Assembly (NCBI GenBank): GCA_031429335.1
Contig: JANOZK010000111.1
Location: 4,701 to 68,700 of the forward strand
DNA from: Chitinophagaceae bacterium
GTDB lineage: Bacteria > Bacteroidota > Bacteroidia > Chitinophagales > Chitinophagaceae
Length of the DNA: 64,000 bases
Reading direction: 5' to 3'
A program made the translations under genes and the position numbers. The notes under the pieces are model-generated. The model was given only the letters and a program-made list of their open reading frames with translations, was not told the origin of the DNA and did not search any database. This document shows positions 17,898 through 26,784 of the stretch, piece after piece (within the stretch, counting starts at the first letter, position 1; every line of letters begins with the position of its first letter).

Positions 17898-18365
17898 TTA
17901 AACAGTAATTGCACAATTAAACCATTCGCCATCAAAATTGGCATTGTATTTTTTGTAAAAATTTATAGCTGGCTCGTTCCATTGTAGTACTTGCCAAGCA
18001 ATGCCAGTAAAGTTTTTTTCTTTGGCCTCTTCTATGAGTTTATCAAATAATAATTTTCCAATTCCTTTACCTCGGGCAGCTTCTGTTACTAAAAAATCCT
18101 CGAGGTACATACGCTGCCCCTTCCATGTACTGTAACGAATGTAGTAGAGTGTAAAGCCAAGAATTTCTTCTTCCTCTTTGGTAGAAGGATTAAGAGCAGT
18201 TGCCACAAAGCCCCACCAAACAGGGTTTGCACCAAAACCACTTTCTTCAAAATGTGCTAATGCAACTGTAACCTCTTGTGGTGCTTTTTCGTATAAAGCC
18301 AACTCGTGTATGAGTTCTAATAATCGTTTACAATCTTTGCGTTCTGCTTTGCGTATAGAAATCAT
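17898..18365 (-). CDS. GNAT-family N-acetyltransferase (diamine/spermidine acetyltransferase-like)
   Basis: 155 aa with the acetyl-CoA binding segment RGKGIGKLLFDKLIEEA. Confidence 0.8.
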   Translation of the reverse strand: MISIRKAERKDCKRLLELIHELALYEKAPQEVTVALAHFEESGFGANPVWWGFVATALNPSTKEEEEILGFTLYYIRYSTWKGQRMYLEDFLVTEAARGKGIGKLLFDKLIEEAKEKNFTGIAWQVLQWNEPAINFYKKYNANFDGEWFNCAITV

Positions 18366-18368
18366 TGT

Positions 18369-19310
18369 TTAAAATTGGTTTTTAATAATATCGAGTACTT
18401 CTTCTCCACATCCAAAACTAAGTGTATAGCCGCTTCCACCATGGCCGTAATTATGTACAATATTTCCATCTTTTTCTAACCGAATATCTGGCCTAAATGG
18501 TCTTAACCCTGCCCAACTACCAATACTGGTTTGTTGATGTAGTACTGGAAAAATTTTTCTGGCTTTTTCTACTAAAAAAGCAATTGTTGCTGGCTCTGTA
18601 GTTGCTTGCTCAACGCCTTCTTCGTAGGTTCCGCCAATAATAATGGCATCTTTTCGTGGCACGATATAAGTATGCAACTCGTTGTCTAAAAAAATGGTTT
18701 GATTTTTTATTGGAGCTAATAATGCAACCTGCCCTCTAACAGGTTTCACTTGCATATCGTTACACAATTCTCTTGCACCCAATGCGGTGCAATTAATTAC
18801 GATTTCAAAATTTGCTGCAAAAGTTGCTAAGTTTTGTATATGTTGCTCAATAAACTCAACCCCATTTTTAGTTAAATAAGCTTGTAAGTACGGTAAAAAA
18901 ATTTGAGTTTCGATAAGTGGCACAAGAGCTTCATAACCTTTAACATAACCTTCGGGTAATTCATCTTTTTGCATTAATCTATACGAACCGGTTGGCATAA
19001 AATCGTACCAAGTAATTTCGGTTTCCTCAACACCTTCACGTAAAGCTTTTACCAGTTTTTGCATACTCACACCAGTTGCAACGTTTTTTGCTAATTGCTC
19101 AAAATAAGTATATGATTGTTGGCACCATTTAATACCCCTTACATCGTTTCGTACATGGTAAGGAAACCAAAAAGCGGCTGCTTTATTTGACACTAAATTG
19201 GGTGAAAATGTATGGGCAAATATCTGTACGTTATATCCAGCATTAACCAATAAATAAGCAGTTGATAAACCACTAATACCTGCACCAATTATAGCAATTT
19301 TTTTACTCAT
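18369..19310 (-). CDS. FAD-dependent oxidoreductase, D-amino-acid oxidase-like
   Basis: N-terminal dinucleotide fold KIAIIGAGISGLSTAY, C-terminal HNYGHGGSGYTLSFG typical of DAO-family enzymes. Confidence 0.75.
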   Translation of the reverse strand: MSKKIAIIGAGISGLSTAYLLVNAGYNVQIFAHTFSPNLVSNKAAAFWFPYHVRNDVRGIKWCQQSYTYFEQLAKNVATGVSMQKLVKALREGVEETEITWYDFMPTGSYRLMQKDELPEGYVKGYEALVPLIETQIFLPYLQAYLTKNGVEFIEQHIQNLATFAANFEIVINCTALGARELCNDMQVKPVRGQVALLAPIKNQTIFLDNELHTYIVPRKDAIIIGGTYEEGVEQATTEPATIAFLVEKARKIFPVLHQQTSIGSWAGLRPFRPDIRLEKDGNIVHNYGHGGSGYTLSFGCGEEVLDIIKNQF

Positions 19311-19320
19311 GTTTATAGAA

Positions 19321-20541
19321 CTATCTCAATGCTTGTTCTAAATCGTTTAAAATATCTTGTACATTTTCAATTCCCACACTTAACCGTATTAATCCATCGG
19401 TTATTCCGAATTTTATACGCTCTTCACGTGGTACGCTAAAGTGTGTCATACTTGCTGGGTGAGAGATTAAGGTATCTACTGTACCTAAGCTAACGGCCCT
19501 AACACACATTTGTAATTTATTAATAAATTGCTTACCAGCTTCTAACCCACCTTTTAATTCAAAACTCATTAATGCACCTGGGTGCTTCATTTGTTTTGCA
19601 CTTATTGCATAATCTGGATGACTGTTTAAGCCAGTATAATTAACATGAGCAATATTTGGATGTTGTTCTAAATAATAAGCTACATCCATTGCATTGTGGC
19701 AATGACGTTCCATTCTTATTTCTAAGGTTTTCATGCCAGTACTTAATAAAAATGCATCGAAAGGATTGGCATTACCACCCAATAATGCAAACCATTTCCA
19801 CACTTTGGTTTTCATTAATTCAATATCTTTTCCAATTAATACCCCACCAATAGCTGTACCATGACCATTTAAAAATTTGGTAGTACTATGAAAAACAAAA
19901 TCTACTCCATACTTAAACGGCTGTTGTAAATAAGGTGTTGCAAAAGTGTTGTCAACTGTTACTAATAACCCTTTTTCTTTAGCCAACTTGGTTACTTCTT
20001 CAATATCTACACATTGTATAGTTGGGTTTGCTGGCGTTTCGATATGAACCAATTTAATGGCAGGATGTTGTTGTAGGGCTTCTTTTACCAAGTTTAAATC
20101 CCGCATATCTACAATAATAGTTTCAACCCCTGTTTGTGCAAGTACTTTGTGCATTAATTCGTAAGTGCCACCATACAAAGAAAAATGCGATAAAATTTTA
20201 TCGCCACTTTGTAAATTACTCATAAACATGGTGGTCATTGCAGCTTGCCCACTTGCATGCAACAAGGCTTTTAATTGCAAAGGATGTCCGTTTTCATCGG
20301 TTAAACCAAATGCTTCTAAAGCTGCAATAGTTTCCTCGGCTGCTTTAAAAGTGGGGTTGCCCCATCGGCTATAAATTTTTTCTTTATCCAAGCTGGCAAA
20401 GCGTTCCATGCCTTGTTCTGCAGTATCAAAAGTGAAAGTTGAGGTTGCAAAAATGGGGGTTAAATGGCTACTCTCGGCATTATCGTGCCCACTAGTATGC
20501 ATGGCTACAGAACTAATACCTGTTAATGGAAATTGACTCAT
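19321..20541 (-). CDS. PLP-dependent Cys/Met-metabolism enzyme (O-acetylhomoserine sulfhydrylase / methionine gamma-lyase family)
   Basis: 406 aa. The PLP-lysine segment HSTTKFLNGHG, the N-terminal TPIFATSTF and the size fit the trans-sulfuration family. Exact specificity cannot be called. Confidence 0.85.
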   Translation of the reverse strand: MSQFPLTGISSVAMHTSGHDNAESSHLTPIFATSTFTFDTAEQGMERFASLDKEKIYSRWGNPTFKAAEETIAALEAFGLTDENGHPLQLKALLHASGQAAMTTMFMSNLQSGDKILSHFSLYGGTYELMHKVLAQTGVETIIVDMRDLNLVKEALQQHPAIKLVHIETPANPTIQCVDIEEVTKLAKEKGLLVTVDNTFATPYLQQPFKYGVDFVFHSTTKFLNGHGTAIGGVLIGKDIELMKTKVWKWFALLGGNANPFDAFLLSTGMKTLEIRMERHCHNAMDVAYYLEQHPNIAHVNYTGLNSHPDYAISAKQMKHPGALMSFELKGGLEAGKQFINKLQMCVRAVSLGTVDTLISHPASMTHFSVPREERIKFGITDGLIRLSVGIENVQDILNDLEQALR

Positions 20542-20692
20542 GTTATTTCGTTTCTTGTTATTTTGTTTCTTATTAGTAGTTTCTCGTTTGTTTGTTGTTG
20601 TTGACTATTCACTATTGACCATTGACTATGGACTATTCCTTTCCGTAAATTCAAAACATCGTAACTTCAAAAATCAAATGTAATAAAACACC

Positions 20693-21187
20693 ATGAAGGA
20701 ACTGCTAATTCAATACGCTACTTATCATTTTTGGGCAAATAAATTATTGCTGGATGTTGTTTTAAAATTAACCCCAACTCAACAACAAGAAATAATTGAA
20801 AGTAGTTTTAGCAGTATTCATAAAACATTGCTTCATATTTTAGATGCAGAAACTATTTGGTGGCAAAGATTAAAACTAACCGAGCATCTTATAATACCTA
20901 GTGATACCAAAGAATTTACAACAACAGAATTGGTTGTTGAAATTACTGCTACAAGTCAGCAATGGGTATTGTGGGTAAACCAAGCCTCAGAAGTACAATT
21001 ACAACATGTATTTGCCTATCAAAATAGTAAAAGAGAACAGTTTAAACAACCAGTTTATCAAATGCTATTACACTTATTTAACCATGGCACTTTTCATAGA
21101 GGACAATTGGTAACAATTTTTAGGCAATTGGGCATTCATAAAATTCCCTCGACCGATTTTGTAACTTGGACAAGAAAAAAAGGTTAA
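20693..21187 (+). CDS. DinB-family (four-helix bundle, metal-binding) protein
   Basis: YHFWAN...HILDAE..W...HLFNHGTFHRGQL histidine pattern. Confidence 0.75.
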   Translation: MKELLIQYATYHFWANKLLLDVVLKLTPTQQQEIIESSFSSIHKTLLHILDAETIWWQRLKLTEHLIIPSDTKEFTTTELVVEITATSQQWVLWVNQASEVQLQHVFAYQNSKREQFKQPVYQMLLHLFNHGTFHRGQLVTIFRQLGIHKIPSTDFVTWTRKKG

Positions 21188-21193
21188 ACTACA

Positions 21194-21424
21194 TTACATT
21201 TTAATATTTAATGGCTTACTCCATAAACGTTTCATGTACCAACCCAATGCAACTAAGCTAATTAAAAACCATGCATAAAAAATATAGTTCCCCAAAGTGA
21301 ATGAGTTTTCTGGATAAGCAAACCCAAATTTTATACCAGCTGTTGTATTAATAATCATCCACAATAATCCAATGCTTATTGTATTTACAATTCGAACTAA
21401 ATAGGCTCTTACATCTGGTTCCAA
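21194..21424 (-). CDS. Small two-TM membrane protein (hypothetical; non-ATG start)
   Basis: 76-aa ORF with two clear hydrophobic helices. The start codon is a TTG, so the boundaries are uncertain. Confidence 0.35.
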   Translation of the reverse strand: MEPDVRAYLVRIVNTISIGLLWMIINTTAGIKFGFAYPENSFTLGNYIFYAWFLISLVALGWYMKRLWSKPLNIKM

Positions 21425-21553
21425 TGTGCAGGTAGTTATAAATGTTATGAATTACTTCTAAATACAATTGGTTTAAAGAATTGTTCTGTTGCTGGTACTT
21501 GACGATGGTCGATGGACCATAGACCATCGACCATAAACTCCTATCCCACCTAT

Positions 21554-22525
21554 CTAATCAAAACTTTGGTTACTACTTGCTGCCAATTTCAATAACCTGT
21601 CGTATTGTGCAGGTGTTAAATCGTTATAAAAATAATAAATTGGGTCAACAGGGCTGCCATTTCTATGTACTTCATAATGGCAATGTGGGCCAGTGCTTTT
21701 GCCTGTGCTACCAACATACCCAATTACTTCGCCACGTTTTACAGTTTGTCCAACGCTTGATTTTATACGTACCATGTGGCCATACAAAGTTTCATAACCA
21801 TATCCATGACTTATTACAACATGATTGCCATAACCACCTGCATTAAAATTAGCAGTTTTAACAACACCATCTGCTGTTGCATAAATGGGTGTACCAACCT
21901 GTGCAGTAAAATCTAACCCAGCATGAAAACGAGGTATTTTGTACACCGGATCTATTCTATTTCCAAAACCACTAGCCATACGAGTTAAATTTTTATTGCT
22001 TATGGGTTGTATGGCAGGTATGGCACTTAATAATTTTTCTTTATTTTTTACCATATCCTCAATTTCGGTATAGCTTTTTGCTTGAAAAACCAACCTTAAG
22101 GAAAGGTTGTTTAACTGGGCTGTCATACTATTCACCAATTCTGTTTCGCCCATACTTTGAACCAATTTTACTTCTTTTTTAGTTTCTATATCTTTTACCC
22201 TAGCACTATCTGGTATGGGTTGTGCTTCAAAAATGCTTCTATAAACAGTATTATCTCTATTTTCAATTTCGTTCATTTGTAATTCTAACTGTTTAACTCT
22301 TTCTTGTAAAACAGCATAATTATCTTTAAAATCATCGTTTTGCTGGCGTAGTAATTTTTCTTTGGGGCTATCAATGTACCTAAATGCAATGGCAACAATA
22401 ATAAATCCTGTTACAATACTCGCAGCAATAAAACCAAATACACGTAATAATTTTACATGTAAAGGCAGCTCTAATTTTTCGTAGCGAAGTGTGTGTGTAT
22501 TGTAATAGTATTTTATTTTTTTCAT
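21554..22525 (-). CDS. M23-family (LytM-type) metallopeptidase with an N-terminal TM anchor and coiled coil
   Basis: HAGLDF ... GYGNHVVISHGYGYETLYGHM ... GPHCHYEV motifs. Confidence 0.85.
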   Translation of the reverse strand: MKKIKYYYNTHTLRYEKLELPLHVKLLRVFGFIAASIVTGFIIVAIAFRYIDSPKEKLLRQQNDDFKDNYAVLQERVKQLELQMNEIENRDNTVYRSIFEAQPIPDSARVKDIETKKEVKLVQSMGETELVNSMTAQLNNLSLRLVFQAKSYTEIEDMVKNKEKLLSAIPAIQPISNKNLTRMASGFGNRIDPVYKIPRFHAGLDFTAQVGTPIYATADGVVKTANFNAGGYGNHVVISHGYGYETLYGHMVRIKSSVGQTVKRGEVIGYVGSTGKSTGPHCHYEVHRNGSPVDPIYYFYNDLTPAQYDRLLKLAASSNQSFD

Positions 22526-22671
22526 GGATTAAACCAAAATTAGGGTTGCTTAGCTTAGAACCTTTGTGCCTTCAAAGATAATTTTTATCTTTTCATTTAA
22601 TGTAAAATTTATCTAACTACATTAATTGGTACTTATCTTTAAACTGCAACTGTAATTTCAGTTTATTTTTT

Positions 22672-23865
22672 ATGTTGTTTTCTTTAAAAAAGGTTTTACT
22701 ATTAGTTTGTATATACCATTCAACGGCATTCAGCCAAAATAATAACTTACCGTTAATTACAGTTCCACTTAAGCTTAAAAATGGTGCCTCTTTTAATTTA
22801 AGTATTCCAAAAGGTTATCAAATAAAAATTGCTGCCGAAGTAAAGAACAGGCTTCGCTTTTTAGCCAAAAGTACCGATGGCAGATTGTTTGCTACAGATA
22901 TGTATAACCGTGGCGATAATAAATTAGGTAGGGTTTTAATTTTCGATAAATGGAATACGGCAACTCAAACTTTTGATACCACCATTGAATATTTAACTAA
23001 ACTACGTAACCCAAACCAAGTTGCATTTTATAGTAATGCTTCTGGCGATTTTATATATGTGGCAGAAACTGGTTTCATAAAACGTTACCGCTATTATAAG
23101 GGAGAAAATAAACCAAGAGATACCGGTACCATTATTACTCGTTTTCCTGATTATGGTTTAGGTTATAAATATGGTGGATGGCACTTAACCAGAAGCATTT
23201 GTTTTTATAACAACAAACTTTATGTTAGTATAGGTAGCAGTTGCAATGCCTGTGTTGAAAAAGAACAATTGAGGGCTTGCATAATTGAAATGAATGCAGA
23301 TGGCAGCAATGCCACAGTTTTTGCTACAGGGTTAAGAAATTCTGTTGCCATTAAATTTATTAATAACCAATTGTGGGTTACCAGTATGGGGCGTGATTTA
23401 ATTGGCCCTGATAAACCAGAAGATGTAATGCACACTGTTACAAAAAATGGTTATTATGGCTGGCCCTTTTATTTTCAATATGCTGGTAAAATATTTGCAG
23501 ATCCTCAATTTAAAGATTCTGTTAAACAAAGTTTTGTTCAAAAACCTAGCTTAGCTTCTTTTGCATTTAAAGCACATTCTGCTCCATTAGGTTTTACATA
23601 TTGCACTAACTTTAAAGACGCTACTCTAAACAATAGTTTTTTAGTTGCTTTACATGGTAGTACCAGTGTTTGGAGAGAAAGAGGAAATACAATTGTTCAA
23701 ATTTTACCCAACGGTAAGCAGCAAACTTTTGTAACAGGATTTTTACAAGGTAAAACAGAGGATAAACGCTTTGGAAGGCCTTGCGATATTTTACAATGGA
23801 ATGAAAATTCTTTTTTTATCACCGACGATAAAAATGGCGTTTTATACTACTTACAAAAGCAATAA
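22672..23865 (+). CDS. Secreted beta-propeller, PQQ-dependent sugar (glucose/sorbosone) dehydrogenase-like
   Basis: Signal peptide; repeated blade pattern; GYYGWPFYF and GLRNSVA segments are typical of the sorbosone dehydrogenase family. Confidence 0.65.
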   Translation: MLFSLKKVLLLVCIYHSTAFSQNNNLPLITVPLKLKNGASFNLSIPKGYQIKIAAEVKNRLRFLAKSTDGRLFATDMYNRGDNKLGRVLIFDKWNTATQTFDTTIEYLTKLRNPNQVAFYSNASGDFIYVAETGFIKRYRYYKGENKPRDTGTIITRFPDYGLGYKYGGWHLTRSICFYNNKLYVSIGSSCNACVEKEQLRACIIEMNADGSNATVFATGLRNSVAIKFINNQLWVTSMGRDLIGPDKPEDVMHTVTKNGYYGWPFYFQYAGKIFADPQFKDSVKQSFVQKPSLASFAFKAHSAPLGFTYCTNFKDATLNNSFLVALHGSTSVWRERGNTIVQILPNGKQQTFVTGFLQGKTEDKRFGRPCDILQWNENSFFITDDKNGVLYYLQKQ

Positions 23866-23961
23866 TAAGCCCACAAAAAATACTTGCTACAAACCCTATC
23901 TTTGCTGCCTTTGTAGCAGAAAGCAAATTAAATTAACCAACAAAGCTTGCAAACTATTTAT

Positions 23962-26676
23962 ATGATGACAAGTGCAGAAATACGCCAACAATATTTAGAC
24001 TTTTTTAAAAGCAAGGGCCATCAAATTGTGCCATCGGCACCCGTTGTTATTAAAAACGACCCTACTTTATTGTTCACCAACGCTGGTATGAACCAGTTTA
24101 AAGATTTTTTCTTAGGAAATAAAGAGCCCGATTTTAAACGAATTGCCGATACCCAAAAATGTTTACGAGTAAGTGGCAAACACAACGATTTAGAAGAAGT
24201 AGGTGTTGACACTTACCATCATACCCTTTTTGAAATGTTGGGCAACTGGAGTTTTGGCGATTATTTTAAAAAAGAAGCCATTGCTTGGAGCTGGGAATTG
24301 TTGACGGAAGTGTACAAACTAGATAAAGACCGTTTATATGTTACCATTTTTGAAGGTGACGAAAAAGAGGGCCTACCTAAAGATGATGAAGCGTATAACG
24401 AATGGAAAAAAGTAATTGCCGAAGACCGCATTTTATTAGGCAATAAAAAAGATAATTTTTGGGAAATGGGCGATACTGGGCCTTGTGGCCCTTGTACAGA
24501 AATACATGTAGATTGTAGAACAGATGAAGAAAGAAAAGCCATACCTGGTGCAAGTTTGGTAAATAATGATCACCCACAGGTGATAGAAATTTGGAACAAT
24601 GTATTTATGCAGTTTAACCGTTTAAAAGACGGAAGTCTGCAACCATTACCAGCACAACATGTAGATACGGGCATGGGCTTTGAACGTTTGGTACGTGTAA
24701 TACAACAAAAAACCAGTAACTACGATACGGATGTTTTTACAGGAACCATTGCTGCCACAGAAAATATTACAGGCAAAAAGTATGATGCTGCCTGCACTCC
24801 CTCCATTGGAGGGAGCTGGAGGGAGGCCGTTGCATTTAGGGTTTTAGCCGATCATATACGTGCCATTGCATTTACCATAGCCGATGGGCAATTACCCAGC
24901 AATACAGGTGCAGGTTATGTTATAAGAAGAATTTTGAGAAGAGCAGTTCGTTACTACTATTCTTACCTTGATTATAAGCAACCATTGTTGCACCAGTTAT
25001 TGCCCACATTGGCCAAACAGTTTGAAAGTGTTTTTCCTGAATTACAAGCACAATTGGATTTTGTGAGTAGGGTGGTGAAAGAAGAGGAAGATGCTTTTTT
25101 GAGGACGCTGGAGAAGGGAATTAGAAGATTTACTGAATATTGTGGCTTAATTGATATGACGCTTTATGGAGATTTAAGTGTAGGAAAAAAGATTGGAATT
25201 AGTAATGAAGTAATATTTGAAAACCACTTGAAAAAGTTCAACATTGATGGTGAATTTGCTTTCGAGTTAAATGATACTTTTGGATTTCCAATTGATTTAA
25301 CTCAATTAATGGCAAGGGAAATAGAATGGACTGTTGATATGGTCGGATATGAAAAAGCATTACAACAACAAAAAGATAGAAGCCGTGCAGCAGGAGTAAT
25401 TGATACAGAAGATTGGGTAACAATCAACGAGGGAGATTCTACATTTGTTGGTTACGATACATTGGAAGTAACAACTAAAATTGTAAAATATCGTAAAGTA
25501 AAAGCAAAGGGTAAAAAAGCTTATCAAATTGTATTGGCTACAACACCTTTTTATGCAGAAAGTGGAGGGCAAGTAGGAGATAAGGGTAAACTGGGAATTG
25601 GGAATTGGGAACTAGAAATTTTTGATACCAAAAAAGAGAATAACCTCATTATTCATTTTACAGAAACCTTACCGGCTGATATAGATTTAACTGGTGAAGT
25701 AATTGCCACAGTGAATACTTCTACAAGAAGTGAAACTTCCAGCAACCACAGTGCAACCCATTTGCTACATGCAGCTTTACGTGAGGTTTTAGGTACACAT
25801 GTTGCACAAAAAGGAAGCTTGGTAAACAATGAACAATTGCGTTTCGATTTTTCTCATTTTTCGAAAGTCACCGATACGGAAATTGAAAAGATAGAAAGTA
25901 TTGTTAACCAAAAAATAAGGGCAAATATTGCCGTAATTATTAAAGAAATGAATAAAGATGAAGCTGTTGCTTTAGGTGCCATGGCTTTGTTTGGAGAAAA
26001 ATATGGCAATATTGTACGTGTGGTAATGATGGATCCCAACTACTCTATTGAGTTGTGTGGTGGTACACATGTTGGCAGTACAGGCGAATTGGGTTTCTTT
26101 AAAGTTAAACACGAAACTGCAGTTGCAGCTGGTGTTCGTAGAATTGAAGCTGTAAGTGGCGTTGCTGCTGAAAACTATTTAAATGAGCAATTGCAACAAT
26201 TAAATGCAGTAAAAACTGTATTTAACAACCCAAAAGAGTTGATTAAGTTTATTGAAAACTCAGTTGCAGAAAACAAAGAACTAAAAAAGAAAATTGAAAG
26301 TTTAGAAGCCAAACAATTGGCCATTATTCAAACAGAATTATCCTCTAAAATAGAAATTATAAACGGCACAACATTTATTGGAGCAATACTAGACCTGAAT
26401 AATGCTGATGGTTTAAAAAAGTTGGCGAACGATTTAAAAAACAATGCCCAATTGGTTGTAGTTGCAGCAAATATTGCTGGCAAAGCATCGGTAGCCATTT
26501 CAGTTTCTGAAGAATTAGTTGCAAAAGGTTTAGAAGCTCCAAAAATTATTAAAGAACATATAACTCCTATTATTAAAGGTGGTGGTGGTGGTAGTAAAAA
26601 CTTAGCAACTGCTGGTGGACAAGATGCCAGTAATTTAACCAATGTTATAGCTGTTGTTAAGCAGCTATTAAACTAA
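23962..26676 (+). CDS. alaS: Alanine--tRNA ligase
   Basis: The ATG at 23962 gives MMTSAEIRQQYLDFFKSKGH. Also present: FTNAGMNQFK, GDTGPCGPCTEIH, the editing domain HSATHLLH...CGGTH, and a C-terminal DHHA1-like GGGGGSKNLATAGG. Confidence 0.95.
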   Translation: MMTSAEIRQQYLDFFKSKGHQIVPSAPVVIKNDPTLLFTNAGMNQFKDFFLGNKEPDFKRIADTQKCLRVSGKHNDLEEVGVDTYHHTLFEMLGNWSFGDYFKKEAIAWSWELLTEVYKLDKDRLYVTIFEGDEKEGLPKDDEAYNEWKKVIAEDRILLGNKKDNFWEMGDTGPCGPCTEIHVDCRTDEERKAIPGASLVNNDHPQVIEIWNNVFMQFNRLKDGSLQPLPAQHVDTGMGFERLVRVIQQKTSNYDTDVFTGTIAATENITGKKYDAACTPSIGGSWREAVAFRVLADHIRAIAFTIADGQLPSNTGAGYVIRRILRRAVRYYYSYLDYKQPLLHQLLPTLAKQFESVFPELQAQLDFVSRVVKEEEDAFLRTLEKGIRRFTEYCGLIDMTLYGDLSVGKKIGISNEVIFENHLKKFNIDGEFAFELNDTFGFPIDLTQLMAREIEWTVDMVGYEKALQQQKDRSRAAGVIDTEDWVTINEGDSTFVGYDTLEVTTKIVKYRKVKAKGKKAYQIVLATTPFYAESGGQVGDKGKLGIGNWELEIFDTKKENNLIIHFTETLPADIDLTGEVIATVNTSTRSETSSNHSATHLLHAALREVLGTHVAQKGSLVNNEQLRFDFSHFSKVTDTEIEKIESIVNQKIRANIAVIIKEMNKDEAVALGAMALFGEKYGNIVRVVMMDPNYSIELCGGTHVGSTGELGFFKVKHETAVAAGVRRIEAVSGVAAENYLNEQLQQLNAVKTVFNNPKELIKFIENSVAENKELKKKIESLEAKQLAIIQTELSSKIEIINGTTFIGAILDLNNADGLKKLANDLKNNAQLVVVAANIAGKASVAISVSEELVAKGLEAPKIIKEHITPIIKGGGGGSKNLATAGGQDASNLTNVIAVVKQLLN

Positions 26677-26703
26677 ATTATTGCTACAAATTCTAAAAAA
26701 TAA

Positions 26704-26730
26704 AAACCCCGTTGACGAACAACGGGGTTT
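26704..26730. terminator. Shared terminator hairpin between convergent alaS and the last PUL gene
   Basis: aaaccccgttg-acgaa-caacggggttt (11-bp stem). There is a T-run on the minus strand (plus-strand aaaaaataaaaa upstream) and only a weak T-run on the plus strand. Confidence 0.7.
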
Positions 26731-26784
26731 ATCATTACCCTTCAATTATTAAAACAGAGAGCATTGTTATCAGCTAATTACAAA

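Noticed and set aside
25591-25611. Tandem gggaatt x3 as a possible micro-satellite/CRISPR-like repeat
   Set aside because: It lies inside alaS and encodes ...LGIGNWEL... in frame within a normally sized region. It is too short and lacks spacers. No CRISPR array exists anywhere in the window.
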